A stretch of 64,000 nucleotides of DNA from NCBI GenBank assembly GCA_038087875.1, contig CM075990.1, positions 5,334,001 to 5,398,000 of the forward strand. The letters are read 5' to 3'. This document shows, piece by piece, positions 12,130 through 22,789 of this stretch. This DNA comes from Malacoraja senta (lineage: Eukaryota). The notes below the pieces were generated by a model. The model was not told where the DNA came from. It made no database searches and was given only the letters and a program-made list of their open reading frames with translations. A program made the translations under genes and the position numbers. The first letter of the stretch is position 1. Every line of letters starts with the position of its first letter.

Positions 12130-12932
12130 AGTTTAAAGAAGGAACTGCAGATGCTGGAAAATCGAAGGTACACAAAAATGCTGGAGAAACTCAGCGGGTG
12201 CAGCAGCATCTATGGAGCGAAGGAAATAGGCAACGTTTCGGGCCGAAACCCTTCTTCAGACTGATAGGGGGTGGGGAGAAGAAAGAAAAAAAGGAAAAAG
12301 GCGGAGGAGGAGCCTGAGGGCTGGGGGAGGGGAGGAGACAACCAGAGGGCTGATGAAGGGGAGGGGACAGCAAGGGCTAGCAGAATTGGGAGAATTCAAT
12401 GTTCAAGCCCCCAGGATGTAGACTGCCCAAGCGGAATATGAGGTGCATTTCCTCCAATTTACGGTGTTGCTCGCTGTGGCCATGGAGGAGACCCAGGACA
12501 GAGAGGTCAGATACGGAATGGGAGGGGGAGTTGAAGTGTTGAGCCACCGGGAGCTCAGCACTTCAACTCCCCCTCCCATTCCGTATCTGACCTCTCTGTC
12601 CTGGGTCTCCTCCATGGCCACAGCGAGCAACACCATAAAATGGAGGAAATGCACCTCATATTGCGCTTGGGCAGTCTACATCCTGGGGGCTTGAACATTG
12701 AATTCTCCCAATTCTGCTAGCCCTTGCTGTCCCCTCCCCTTCATCAGCCCTCTGGTTGTCTCCTCCCCTCCCCCAGCCCTCGGGCTCCTCCTCCGCCTTT
12801 TTCCTTTTTTCCTTTCTTCTCCCCACCCCCTATCAGTCTGAAGAAGGGTTTCGGCCCGAAACGTTGCCTATTTCCTTCGCTCCATAGATGCTGCTGCACC
12901 CGCTGAGTTTCTCCAGCATTTTTGTGTACCTT
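12130..12932. mobile_element. Large Penelope fold-back element: 380-bp inverted arms, 8-nt loop; copy at 55748-56550
   Basis: Arms 12165-12544 and 12553-12932 are near-perfect reverse complements (mirror ORFs in the track). About 35 nt of extra tail on the left arm. Confidence 0.92.
12838..12865 (+). ncRNA. Minimal hammerhead ribozyme-like motif in the Penelope terminal repeat
   Basis: CTGAAGA-A-GGGT(TTCG)GCCC-GAAAC-GTT: hammerhead core boxes, a stem II and a palindromic stem III (ACGT). Confidence 0.65.
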
Positions 12933-12944
12933 AGTTTAGTTTAG

Positions 12945-13220
12945 TTTAGTTTAGAGATACAGTGTGGAAAGAGGCCCTTCAGCCCATCAGGTCCGCGCCG
13001 TCCAGCGATCCCGTACACTAGCACTATCCTACACGTTAGGGACAATTTACAGAAGCAAATTAACTTGCACACCTGCACGTCTTCAGATTGTGGGAGAAAA
13101 CCAGAGCACCCGGAGAAAACCCACGCAGTCACGGCGAGAAAGTACAAACTCCGTACAGATAGCACCCGTAGTCAGGATCGAACCTGGGTCTCTGGCACTG
13201 TAAGGCAGCAACTCTCTACT
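12945..13220 (-). mobile_element. tRNA-derived V-SINE (HE1-like) with a (CTAAA)n tail
   Basis: Same family as 31464-31775, in reverse orientation. Confidence 0.8.
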
Positions 13221-13570
13221 GAACTGCTTTCTACCTCATTGGCAACCCTCCGACTATCCTTGCTGGCTTAACCTTGCACCAAACGTTATTCCCTTATCAT
13301 GTATCTGTACACTGTAATGACCGGATTGTAATCATGTATTGTCTTTCCGCTGACTGGATAGCACACAACAAAAGCTTTTCACTGTACCTCTGCACACGTG
13401 ACAATAAACTAAACTGAACTGAACAGGCACATGATCGGAACTGATATTTCACTTCAGAATCCTCTGTCGCATGTATGCGGACACTTGGAAACGTGCAGGC
13501 ACTGATTTCTTTTCAACAGACACCCAAGGGATACCAGGTCAATCTCAACTGGACCGATCCATGCTCGTAA

Positions 13571-13899
13571 AAGCCATGTCCCACGGTACGAGTTCATTCC
13601 AAGAGCTCTCACGAGTTTTAAAAAATCAAACTCGTGGTAAGTGCGGAGAATGAACGTAGCGGGTACGTCGGAGCTCGGGGACGTCTCTTAGCGGCTCGTA
13701 ACGCTAACAGCAGGTACTCGGGAAGACTCGTTAACGGCAGGTAAGCACGGGAAGACTCGTGAAGATTTTTCAACATGTTGAAAAATGTCCACGAGAGCCC
13801 CGAGTACCGACGAGTGGCCATTACCATAAATCTCCGAGTTCGAATCAGGGCAAACTCTGGAGAACTCTTGGAATGAACTTGTACCGTGGGACAGGGCTT
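13571..13899. mobile_element. PIF/Harbinger-type MITE (copy at 57189-57517)
   Basis: TIR AAGCCATGTCCCACGGTAC...GTACCGTGGGACAGGGCTT, flanked by TAA/TCA, with a CpG-rich interior. Confidence 0.7.
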
Positions 13900-14397
13900 T
13901 CAATCTGGTCTGATTTCTTGCTGTTGGTGTGAAATGTACTTGGAGTGTTTGTTTATTTGTGAGCTCAGCATGTTTGCTACTTTGAGGTTTGTAGAGCTGG
14001 ACTTCCCATGCATTCCTTCTGTAGATTATAAATGTTATTTGTTTCACCTTCTAGCTACATATGGGATACATTTCATGTCGATACTATAGTAATAATCATT
14101 GACCTTGCTGTGCTTTTCACTTTTGTATCAGTTTGAACCACATCGGTTTAGCTGGTTAACATTGCCCTCTGCTGTTAAAAGATTGCTGTGTAATGCTTCT
14201 CGTCAAACAGATGCCTGTTTGTTTCTGATGCTGAGTTTCTGTCACTCCCACAATCGGGTAAGAGGTTCAGAGCAAATCAGGTGATTTTCCCCCCCTCCTA
14301 TGTTGTGATCTGGGATGCTCTGCCTGAGTGGGAGGTGGAGCAAGAACTCTTACATCACTTAAGAAAGTATTCGGATGAGCACCTCATTTCTCATTTC

Positions 14398-14750
14398 AAA
14401 GACGTGCAGGTTTTTGCAGGTTAATTGGCTTCTGTAAATTGTCCCCAGTGTGTAGGATGGAACTAAGGACAATTTGCTGAAGCCAATTAACCTACAAACC
14501 TGTACGTCTTTGGAGTGTGGGGGGGCAAACCAGAACATCTGGAGGAAACCCACATGGTCACGGGGAGAAAATGCAAACTCCATACAGACAGCACCAGTAC
14601 TCAGGATTGAACCCGGGTCTCTTGCACTGTAAAGTAGCAACTCTACCGTTGCGCCACTGTGCCGCCCTATAATCTGTGATCGCTGATCGCCGTGGGTTCG
14701 ATGGGCCGAAGGGCCTGTTTCCACACTGTCTCTCTCAACTAAACTAAACA
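14398..14750. mobile_element. Two nested V-SINE pieces in opposite orientations
   Basis: A + strand 3' half is interrupted by a - strand copy at about 14465-14665. Confidence 0.7.
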
Positions 14751-15032
14751 TACGATATATGGACCACATGCTTGTAACTGGGATTAGTATGAATGGGTTG
14801 TTGATGGAAGCCATTACCATGCTAGGTCCTGTTTCTGCATGGCATGACTGCGATTCCATCCTGGAACCCCAAAATAAAACAGAGATGCTGGAAACACTCA
14901 GCATTTGAGGCAGTATCTGTAAATAGGGAAATAGAGTAAACGTGAACTCTTGTGGACTTTTTTACCTGGAATATGTTTCTCTTTCCATAGATGCTGCATG
15001 ACCACTGAACATGAATCATCTCTCAATCTGGA

Positions 15033-15246
15033 ACGTGTAGGAAGGAACTGCAGAGGCTGGTTTAAACCGAAGATAGACGCAAAATGCTGGAGTAACTCAG
15101 CGGGACAGGCAGCATGTGTGGAGGGAAGGAATGGGTGACGTTTTGGGTTGACCCTGAAGAAGGATCTCGACCCGAACCGTCACCCATTCCTTCTCTCCCC
15201 ACATGCTGCCTGTCCCGCTGAGTTACTCCAGCACTCTGTGCCTATC
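15033..15246. mobile_element. Penelope-derived fold-back insertion
   Basis: Inverted arms; TSD atctggaa on both sides. Confidence 0.8.
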
Positions 15247-15592
15247 TGGAATTCTCTCCTTACGTGTAACTACCTCTCTCCCCTCCATTAAGATACTTCA
15301 TCTAAACATGATCACATGTCCTAATTGCCTCTCATATGATTCATTCTGCAAACTATTTGAAATTCCTTTACAATAGAAGGTTTTATTGAAGCGGTATAAA
15401 AGACTATAGGTAACCTAATTGCTTTGGCAGAAGGGACATTTATGATGAGAGGGGATAGATTTAAGATACAAAAAAACTCAGACAATTTTGGATGCTCAGA
15501 GCTTCGGTGGTGATGGTCCAGCAAATGTCCTGAACTATTCAATGTCATTTCTATTATTATCCCAGCATATTTTTAATTAACTTTTTTTTCAG

Positions 15593-15619
15593 ATGGGTAC
15601 ACAGTATCTAATGAACCAG
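15593..15619 (+). CDS. Candidate 27-nt alternative microexon (MGTQYLMNQ) of TMEM150A; copy at 59211-59237
   Basis: ttaac-ttttttttcag acceptor and CAG|gtaagt donor. Frame-preserving and stop-free within a phase-0 intron. Confidence 0.4.
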
Positions 15620-15639
15620 GTAAGTTTAAAGAAGCACAG

Positions 15640-16170
15640 AAACCAGGACCCCTCTGAGCGGGAAGGGTGTGTGGGAACAGAGGTTGCAGTGAGTGGGAAA
15701 GGAGCATGGGAGCCAGGGCCCTTGTGAGCGGCAATGGTGTGTGGGAACTAGGGCCCTTGTGAGCGGCTATGGTGTGTGGGAACTAGGGCACTAGTGAGTA
15801 GCAATGGTGTGCAGGATCCAGGATTCTTGTGAGCAGCAATGGTGTGTCCGGGAACTCACTAATGAGTGAATGGTGTGTGGGAACTAGGGCCCCAGTGATT
15901 GGCGATGTTGTGTGGGAAGGATGGGCCAGATAATTGGGAAAGGAGCCCAGGAACCGGAGCTGTGGTAAATGAGAAAGGAACTCAGAGAGCGGAGAGCCGG
16001 TGACTGGGAAAAGAGTGTGGGAACTCGGCCCCGGTGCATGGGAAATGTGGGGCTCCGGAGTGGGAAGGGTGCATGAAAACCAGGGCCCCAGTGAGCGGAA
16101 AGTTGTGCAGGAACTGGAGTGGAAGGGTGGGCAGGAACCAGGGCCCGGTGAGCGGAGGGGAGCTCGGCAA
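15640..16170. repeat. Degenerate ~35-bp G-rich minisatellite
   Basis: Unit is approximately gtgtgtgggaactagggcccttgtgagcggcaatg; gggaact recurs at 15743 and 15778. Confidence 0.8.
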
Positions 16171-16365
16171 AACCACCTGAGATGCAAAACTACTGGGATG
16201 TTCAATTGTTGGAGAGTGGATTAGTGGGGTTTATTATGATTGGTAGATGCACTAGAGGGGTATTGTCGACAAGGAATAAAGTTTTGAATTTCATTCCCTG
16301 AAAGGAAAGTGGAGTCAGGACTCTCAGAACATTGAAGGGACGTTTTCTGATATTTATTTTAGATG

Positions 16366-16678
16366 AGTGTGTAGGAAGGAACTGCAGATGCTGGTTTAAT
16401 CCGAAGATGGACACAATATGCTGGAGTAACTCAGCGGGACAGGCAGCATCTCTGGAAAGAAGGAATGGGTGACGTTTTGGTTCGAGACCCGTCTTCAGAC
16501 TGAAGAAGGGTCACGACCCGAAACGTCACCCATTCCTTCTAACCACTATTCTATGGGTGATGTTTTCGGTCGAGACCCATGTTCGGTCTGAAGAAGGGCC
16601 TCAACCCGAAACGTCACCCATTCCTTCTATCCAGAGATGCTGCCTGTCCCGCTGAGTTACTCCAGCATTTTGTGTCTA
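16366..16678. mobile_element. Penelope-derived double fold-back insertion with two hammerhead-like motifs (16500-16527, 16588-16615)
   Basis: Inverted arms, an internal second fold, and TSD tagatga. Confidence 0.8.
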
Positions 16679-17087
16679 GATGAAATTGGTAACAGTTCCC
16701 TCTCCTTGAGTACTGCTGCTCTTAACTATCTTAATTTTTATCCTCCAAAAGCCAATCTTTGAACTGTTTGCCTTGGCACCATTTCTGGTTTGCTTCTTCT
16801 TCTGTTGTTGGACCTGTTCTGTATGCTGCTTCTCATAGACAATATCCCCCCCCCCCCCACCCCCCACCCCCCAAAAAAACTGGTTTCATATCTATTCCAG
16901 CACTACTTGGCTTACTATCCCCTCCCCCACTGATAGCCAGAGGTAGATGAGCCGATATTTCATCAATGTTTATTGAGAAGACTAATGCCAATATTTTCAG
17001 GCCCACCACAACTTCTAACCAACAATTCAGTACCTCACTTGGCTACGTATGTACCTACAATATAGACTCAATTATCAAGAATGTTAA

Positions 17088-17314
17088 AGGGTCTGTCCCA
17101 CTTTCACAACCTAATTCACGACCTCTGCCGAGTTTGCCCTTGACTCATACTCGCAGCATGTTCGTCACGAGGTTGTAGGAGGTCGTAGGTAGGTCGTAGG
17201 TAGGTCGTGATGCTAGTCGTAAGTACTCGTGGCATCAAGTAGGTCGGGGCGTTTTTTCTAGCCTGATGAAAAATGTCCACGAGTAAAAAAGGTCGTGAAA
17301 GGGGGACAGGCCCT
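17088..17314. mobile_element. PIF/Harbinger-type MITE, same subfamily as 4405-4651 (copy at 60706-60932)
   Basis: Same TIR and GTCGTAG-repeat interior. Confidence 0.75.
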
Positions 17315-18174
17315 TTCTGCTGCCCCCTGCCGCAGCTCAGTTGCTGCTGAAATATTCACCATGTCTTCTATATTTTTAAATTCTCAACCGTGATTTCGAA
17401 TCCTATCATAGAATTTCCCCATTTGTGTGGGGGACCTCCGTGAGGGAGGGGGGAGAACTATGGAGGACCCAGCATGGGGGGACGGCTGAGGGGGAGGGGT
17501 GGTCGGGAAGGGGAGGGAGGGGGAGAACAAAGCAGAAGCCGGCATGCTTTGCAACTTAGTCAGCGCCATAGGTGGTCGCTATTTGTATTCCTTGGGTATG
17601 CGAGCAAAGAATCTCACTCTGCTGTGTCACATTGGACAATAAAGTATTCCATTCTATAATATTGTACTACGCTGAAGGGCCAAATGGCCTACTCCTGCAC
17701 CTATTGTCTCTGGAATATCTTCCTTTTTTTTCTTTTCCTGTCTTTTCAATTTTAATTGCTTCATTGTTGACAAAAACATATTTTGCTAAAAGATACATAA
17801 AACCAGGACTTTTCATTTCCCTACCTTTTTCTTCCTTATTCCAAACCATGTCTACCTTTCTTCCTATCTCTTCTTTCATTTAGTTCTTAATACCCAATAT
17901 TTTACTTTAACTTTTGATTATCAGTCTAAAATGTTTCTAAAATGTGCTTTAATATTACTCCTGTGTCAATGTTCCATGTTCAAAGTGTTATTTAAATGTG
18001 AGTTCCACACCATTAATTGCCAAGGTCCTCCTGGAAGATGCTTCCTTACTTCTTAATAATCTGGCATGGCATCTTTAGGCAATGCATAAATGCAAGTTGT
18101 TTCTATTGTCCATCTGTACCTCCCAGGGGTGTTGGCTAGGTGTGTATACGTGTAATATAAAGTGAAAAATATTT

Positions 18175-18660
18175 ATAGTTTAGAGATACAGTGCGGAAAC
18201 GGGCACTTCGGCCCACCGAGTCCGTGCCGATGAGCGATCCCCGCACACTAAAGGGCCTGTCCCACTTGGGCGTCATTTGCGCGTCACGCAGGTTGCACGC
18301 GAAGAGTTTGTGAATCCCCAAATCCTGGGTCACCACGCACAATGCGCGCAAAATGCGTCGTGACGCGTAAATGATGTTGCGTGAATGACGCGCAAATGAC
18401 GCCCAAGTGGGACAGGCCCTTAACATTATCCTACACATACTAGGGACAATTTACACATACACCAAGCCATTTCATCTACATAGCTGTACGTCTTTGGAGT
18501 ATGGGAAGAAACTGAAGATCTCGGAGAAAGCCCACGCGGTCACGGGGAGAACGTACAAACTCCGTACAGACAGCACCCGGAGTCAGCATCGAACCCAGGT
18601 CTCCGGCGCTGCAAGCGATGTAAAGCAGCAACTGTACCACTGCGCCACCGTGGCCGCCCA
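18175..18660 (-). mobile_element. V-SINE (HE1-like) interrupted by a MITE
   Basis: SINE sequence is continuous either side of 18252-18420. Confidence 0.8.
18252..18420. mobile_element. PIF/Harbinger-type MITE (copy at 61870-62038)
   Basis: Perfect TIR AGGGCCTGTCCCACTTGGGCGTCATTTGCGCGTCA with a TAA TSD. Confidence 0.85.
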
Positions 18661-18974
18661 TATGATTTGATAATAATCCATTTGCTTCCGCTACTGGTAA
18701 AATACCACTTGGTTCAATCTTCATTCTGCACCAAATGCATTTTACATTGTTTGGCTCTTTCAAAAATGTTTATTTATGGCAGAATATAAAGTCATGAGTT
18801 TTAATTTTCAATTAGTGAAACAGATTATGTGAGTTTAAAAAAGGATGCTTCTGTGTAGTTTGGTAACAAAGTAAGAGTTGCTGCTTTAATCAGAGATAAC
18901 ATTGCATTAATCAGGGAAAAACAATTGAAAGAAGATGGCATCTATTGAACCGCTGCCTTTTCTTGTGTCTGCAG

Positions 18975-19152
18975 GTTGACAATGCTAGAGTCCTGCACTA
19001 TGTTGGTGCAGGGGTGGGATTTCCCAGTAGTATGCTGTTCATCTGCTTCCAGTCTGTCATCACCTACAAGATTGCAAAGAATTCGCTGGACTATCGGATA
19101 GGACACTGTCGTGCTGTTCTGACCATTGTGGCCTTCATCAACCTTGTCCTTA
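18975..19152 (+). CDS. TMEM150A: TMEM150A internal coding exon (copy 1): VDNARVLHYVGAGVGFPSSMLFICFQSVITYKIAKNSLDYRIGHCRAVLTIVAFINLVL(S)
   Basis: ctgcag acceptor, 178 nt, LHYVGAGV motif. Ends at a U12-type donor A|GTATCCTTTC. Confidence 0.93.
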
Positions 19153-20327
19153 GTATCCTTTCTACAGAGCTCTTCTTTAAAACACGTGCTCCGAGTAACA
19201 GTATAACTTCTGCCAACCATAGACACATTCCTCTAAGCCACTGTCAAATCCGAGCCCATACTACACCAATTCACTGTTTATTACTACACAATGTTATATC
19301 TTCTATTGTCCTTTAATCAACATTGCCTCGTTCATTTCTAGACTGTCCTGACTCTCAATTTATTGCCATTTTGTTCTATTTGCTCTTTAATAAAATTCTT
19401 TTTTTTAACCTCACGAAGACTTTTGTTCTCATAGCTTTACACCTAACATATATCTGCAGGCTTTTAATTAAAAATCCTCGGAGCTTTAATTTCAGTTCTC
19501 AGCAGATCTTCAAACTTGATTTCAATGTAGCTAGTAAGCCTGCAGGTTAGGAGGATAAAGAAGTCATTTAATTTTTTTTTAATGTAATTTAAGTCAATGT
19601 AAAAAGTATTTTATTTAAGTTTAACTTTTTAGTTGTTTTTAATAATTTATTTCAATTATAATAGTTTGTATTTTAAAATTTAAATTCCTTTGTACAGTTT
19701 TGACAGGAGGCAGGGCTTCTGACCTAGCTTTACATTCTGTCAAAGCCTGTCAAGGTTATTCTAGGGGTGGAGCACCAGCATTACGTGGCTGGAGATCTGG
19801 TTACCATTTTTGCAAATCAGTTTAAGAGATCGAGCCATAGTTCAATATCTACAAAAAAATAGCCTGCTGTGTTGATTTTAAGTAATACAAAAAATTCAAC
19901 TTAGAAATTCAGTGTGAAGGCAACACCATTATCCAATCTTTTCTATAATATATATATACATATTTGTAGACACAAAGTGCTGGAGGAGCTCAGCGGGTTA
20001 GGCGGCATCTCTGCAGAAAAACGTTAGTTGACATTTCGGGCCAGGATCCTTCTTCGCTTTGTGTCTCTCCAGACCCACTGAGTTACTCCAGTACTTTGTG
20101 TCACCCATCCTTTTTCTCCAGTGATGTTGCCTGACCGGGTGAGTTACTCCAGAATTTGTGTCTGTCTTTGGTACAGTCTGAAGAAGGATCCTGCCCAAAA
20201 CGTCATCTATCCATTTACCCCGGAGATGCCGACTGACCTGCTGAGTTTCTCCAGCACTTTGTATAAGCCAGCGTTTGCACTTCTTTGTTTCTATATCCCA
20301 TCAATAGCTCCTTAACATGCTCCTAAG
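19153..20327 (+). other. U12-type (minor spliceosome) GT-AG intron of TMEM150A; second copy at 62771-63945
   Basis: 5' splice site GTATCCTTTC matches the RTATCCTTT consensus. Branch point TCCTTAAC at 20309-20316 lies about 12 nt from the AG, with no long polypyrimidine tract. Confidence 0.9.
19965..20293. mobile_element. Older Penelope-derived terminal-repeat pieces inside the U12 intron
   Basis: Diverged copies of the agacacaaagtgctgg...gagttactccag unit in both orientations. Confidence 0.7.
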
Positions 20328-20572
20328 GTGGGGTCTTCTTCGTTCAGGAGAGCTCAAATCTCCAGCATGCTGCAGCCATTTGCGAATGGGTCTTCACTAT
20401 TGTTATCCTCATTTTCTATGGGACATTCGCAGTAGAGTTTGGCTCTATTACTCAGAACACCCTTCTTGAAATGCTGACAAAGGAAGCCCAGAAGAGCCAC
20501 TGTAAACCTGACAGCAACAGAATCCCAGGAACACACATCAACTGCACCCAGGAGGCTGTGGCAATGATCTAG
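20328..20572 (+). CDS. TMEM150A: TMEM150A last coding exon (copy 1): (S)GVFFVQESSNLQHAAAICEWVFTIVILIFYGTFAVEFGSITQNTLLEMLTKEAQKSHCKPDSNRIPGTHINCTQEAVAMI*
   Basis: Not in the ORF track; read manually. U12 branch point TCCTTAAC precedes the acceptor taag|GT. Contains the CEW and IFYGTF motifs and a C-terminal AMI-stop, as recalled for human TMEM150A. Confidence 0.93.
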
Positions 20573-21323
20573 ACTTCAAACCGTTAACAGGCAGGTCGAT
20601 CTATTTTGCCATCTCGAAAACTTTGCCTTTAAAACAGCATTAAAAAAAAAAATCCAAGTGCTCAGGACATCTATGGAGCATTACTGTTTGATGTAAAATG
20701 ACAATTAAAATGTCTCAGATTCTTGAAGCAATCAAAACACTACTGCAGAAACCAACCTGAGAGGACCAAGCTTGTCATTTCCATTGGTATTTTTTGAAAC
20801 ATTTATCTGGAAGTTAATTTTTGTAATAAAGATTTGATTTTTATAACAAAATGAATTATATATTTTTGGCAACAGTCGACAACCATTTTGAATATGTGTT
20901 GGAATTTTGAACTTTGAGATGTTTTTAGCACTGGCTGATGTAAATGGATGGTTAAACATCCAAATTTTAACTGTGATGATAACTTTAAAAAATATCATTA
21001 CATTTGATATTGATTCTGTATCCGCTGCTTTGATAAAAAGCTTCACTAACCTATCACCTCTTCATAGCTCTATAACCTCTTCTGACTCCATAATCTCTAC
21101 TGAATCTCCAATTTCATGTGTCCTATTTGTGGCTGTCATTCCTTCAACTATCTAGACTCCAACTCTGGAATTTCTTTAATAAACTTCTCTGCTGCCATAC
21201 CTCTCTCCTGTTTGTTAAGCAGCCTTTAAACTACATCTGTACAGTATTGTATAAGCATATAATGTCACTGTATTGGATCACGTGTGCTTTGTTGTGTACA
21301 CGTGCAGTCCGAGAAGAACCTTG

Positions 21324-21329
21324 AATAAA
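21324..21329 (+). promoter_or_regulatory. Candidate polyadenylation signal of the TMEM150A 3' UTR (other AATAAA at about 20825 and 21178)
   Basis: AATAAA near the end of about 750 nt of repeat-free, AT-rich sequence after the stop codon. Confidence 0.4.
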
Positions 21330-22789
21330 GCAGACATACCTTTTGGAACTCGCTGTGGTTCCGGCCTATTACTCTGCATCATCCTCACTTTATTCCCCAG
21401 GAGACTTGGGACCTAATGCAATGAGCAATTTGACATGCGTGGTAGGGTGGCTCGAGTAATTTTGAAGTACAGACTTGAAATGGCTGGTCTCAAGTTCAGG
21501 CTTGAACTGAAGAAATAAAGATGTGGATTGGCGAGGTTAAACCTTGTAAATAGAGTAATGCAGCGTGAAAATAGGCCCTTCGCCCCAACTTGCCGATATC
21601 AACCAATATGTCCCATCTAAACTCGTCCCACCTGCCTGCGTTTGGCCCATATCGCCTCTAAAACTATCCTACTTATGTACCTGTCTAATAATTTCTTACA
21701 CATTGCAATAGTACCTGCCTCAACCACTACCATGTCCTCCCTGTTCTTATATTCAATCCTTCTGCTAATAAAGTCAAGTATGCCATTCTTTATACCCTAT
21801 AAAGTGGAAAAGTGGATGAAGACAGCCTGGACCTAATACACTACAAAGACGTACAGACACAAAGGTAAATTGGCTTGGTGTAAATGTAAAATTGTCCCTA
21901 GTGTGTGCAGGATTGTGTTACTGTGCGGGGATTGCTGGTCAGTGCGGACTCGGTGGGCCGAAGTGCCTGTTTCTGCGCTGTATCTCTAAACTAAACTAAA
22001 ATTAGATCAAGGATCTCAGTGTTATGATAAAACAGTGAAACCCTCAGTTTTATCTGGAAATGATGGCAATGTTCTTCAGGCCAAGCAATGTAATGGAAGT
22101 TATAGATGAGGGTAAAGGATTAGATTTTCATAATGAGGCCATTCAAGGACATTGGAAAACAGACTTGCTTAGAGGCAAAGAAGCTCAGATACTGGTGCTG
22201 TTATAAGCAGAAGCAGACCTTTTGACATCATGCAAAATAAACGATATTTCATTTCAAGAGGTTATTGAGAGATTGCAGTATCATTTTAACAAGGACCTTC
22301 AGAGATGATAGGTAGTTATACATTTGGGACCTAAAACCAAACCAAGGTCAGCAGAGAATCCTAGTGATTGTAAGATAGTGGTTCTATCTTTAACCCAAAC
22401 AACAATATTAGTGGCTTCTGAATTAACTACAACGGGATAAGATTGTGTGTAATTTAACAGGCAAGGACATTCAATCTAAATTGTTGAATACACAGGATTT
22501 AACATTTGAATGGCCACATGGATTGAAATGTAAAACATATTAAAAGTATTTGGCAGTTGCATAATGTTAACATTGTGTGTAGGCAAATATATGTAGCAAA
22601 GGAGAAGCTCTAATACTAAACCGGAGTGAATTTGGCTGAAAGGTGAGGAAGAGCTGCACTGGTGTAACGGAGAATACCCATTACAGGTATGCCAGTTCTG
22701 AATAGCAAAATGTTTCAAAATGCAAAAAGAATAGGCATGTGCCTCAACGTGTAAGATTCAGGACTCCCAAGTATGAAAAAATATCAGTT

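Noticed and set aside
12191..12906. Mirror-image ORF pairs suggesting a bidirectional gene
   Set aside because: A consequence of the inverted repeat; the frames are broken Penelope sequence.
15783..16224. ORFs of 64-140 aa, or a CRISPR-like array
   Set aside because: Degenerate head-to-tail minisatellite without unique spacers in a vertebrate intron; no cas genes.
17318..17580. Two CTCF-like motifs (tgctgccccctgccg; cagcgccataggtggtc)
   Set aside because: Only loose similarity by eye, probably inside a repeat; cannot be supported without PWM scoring or ChIP data.
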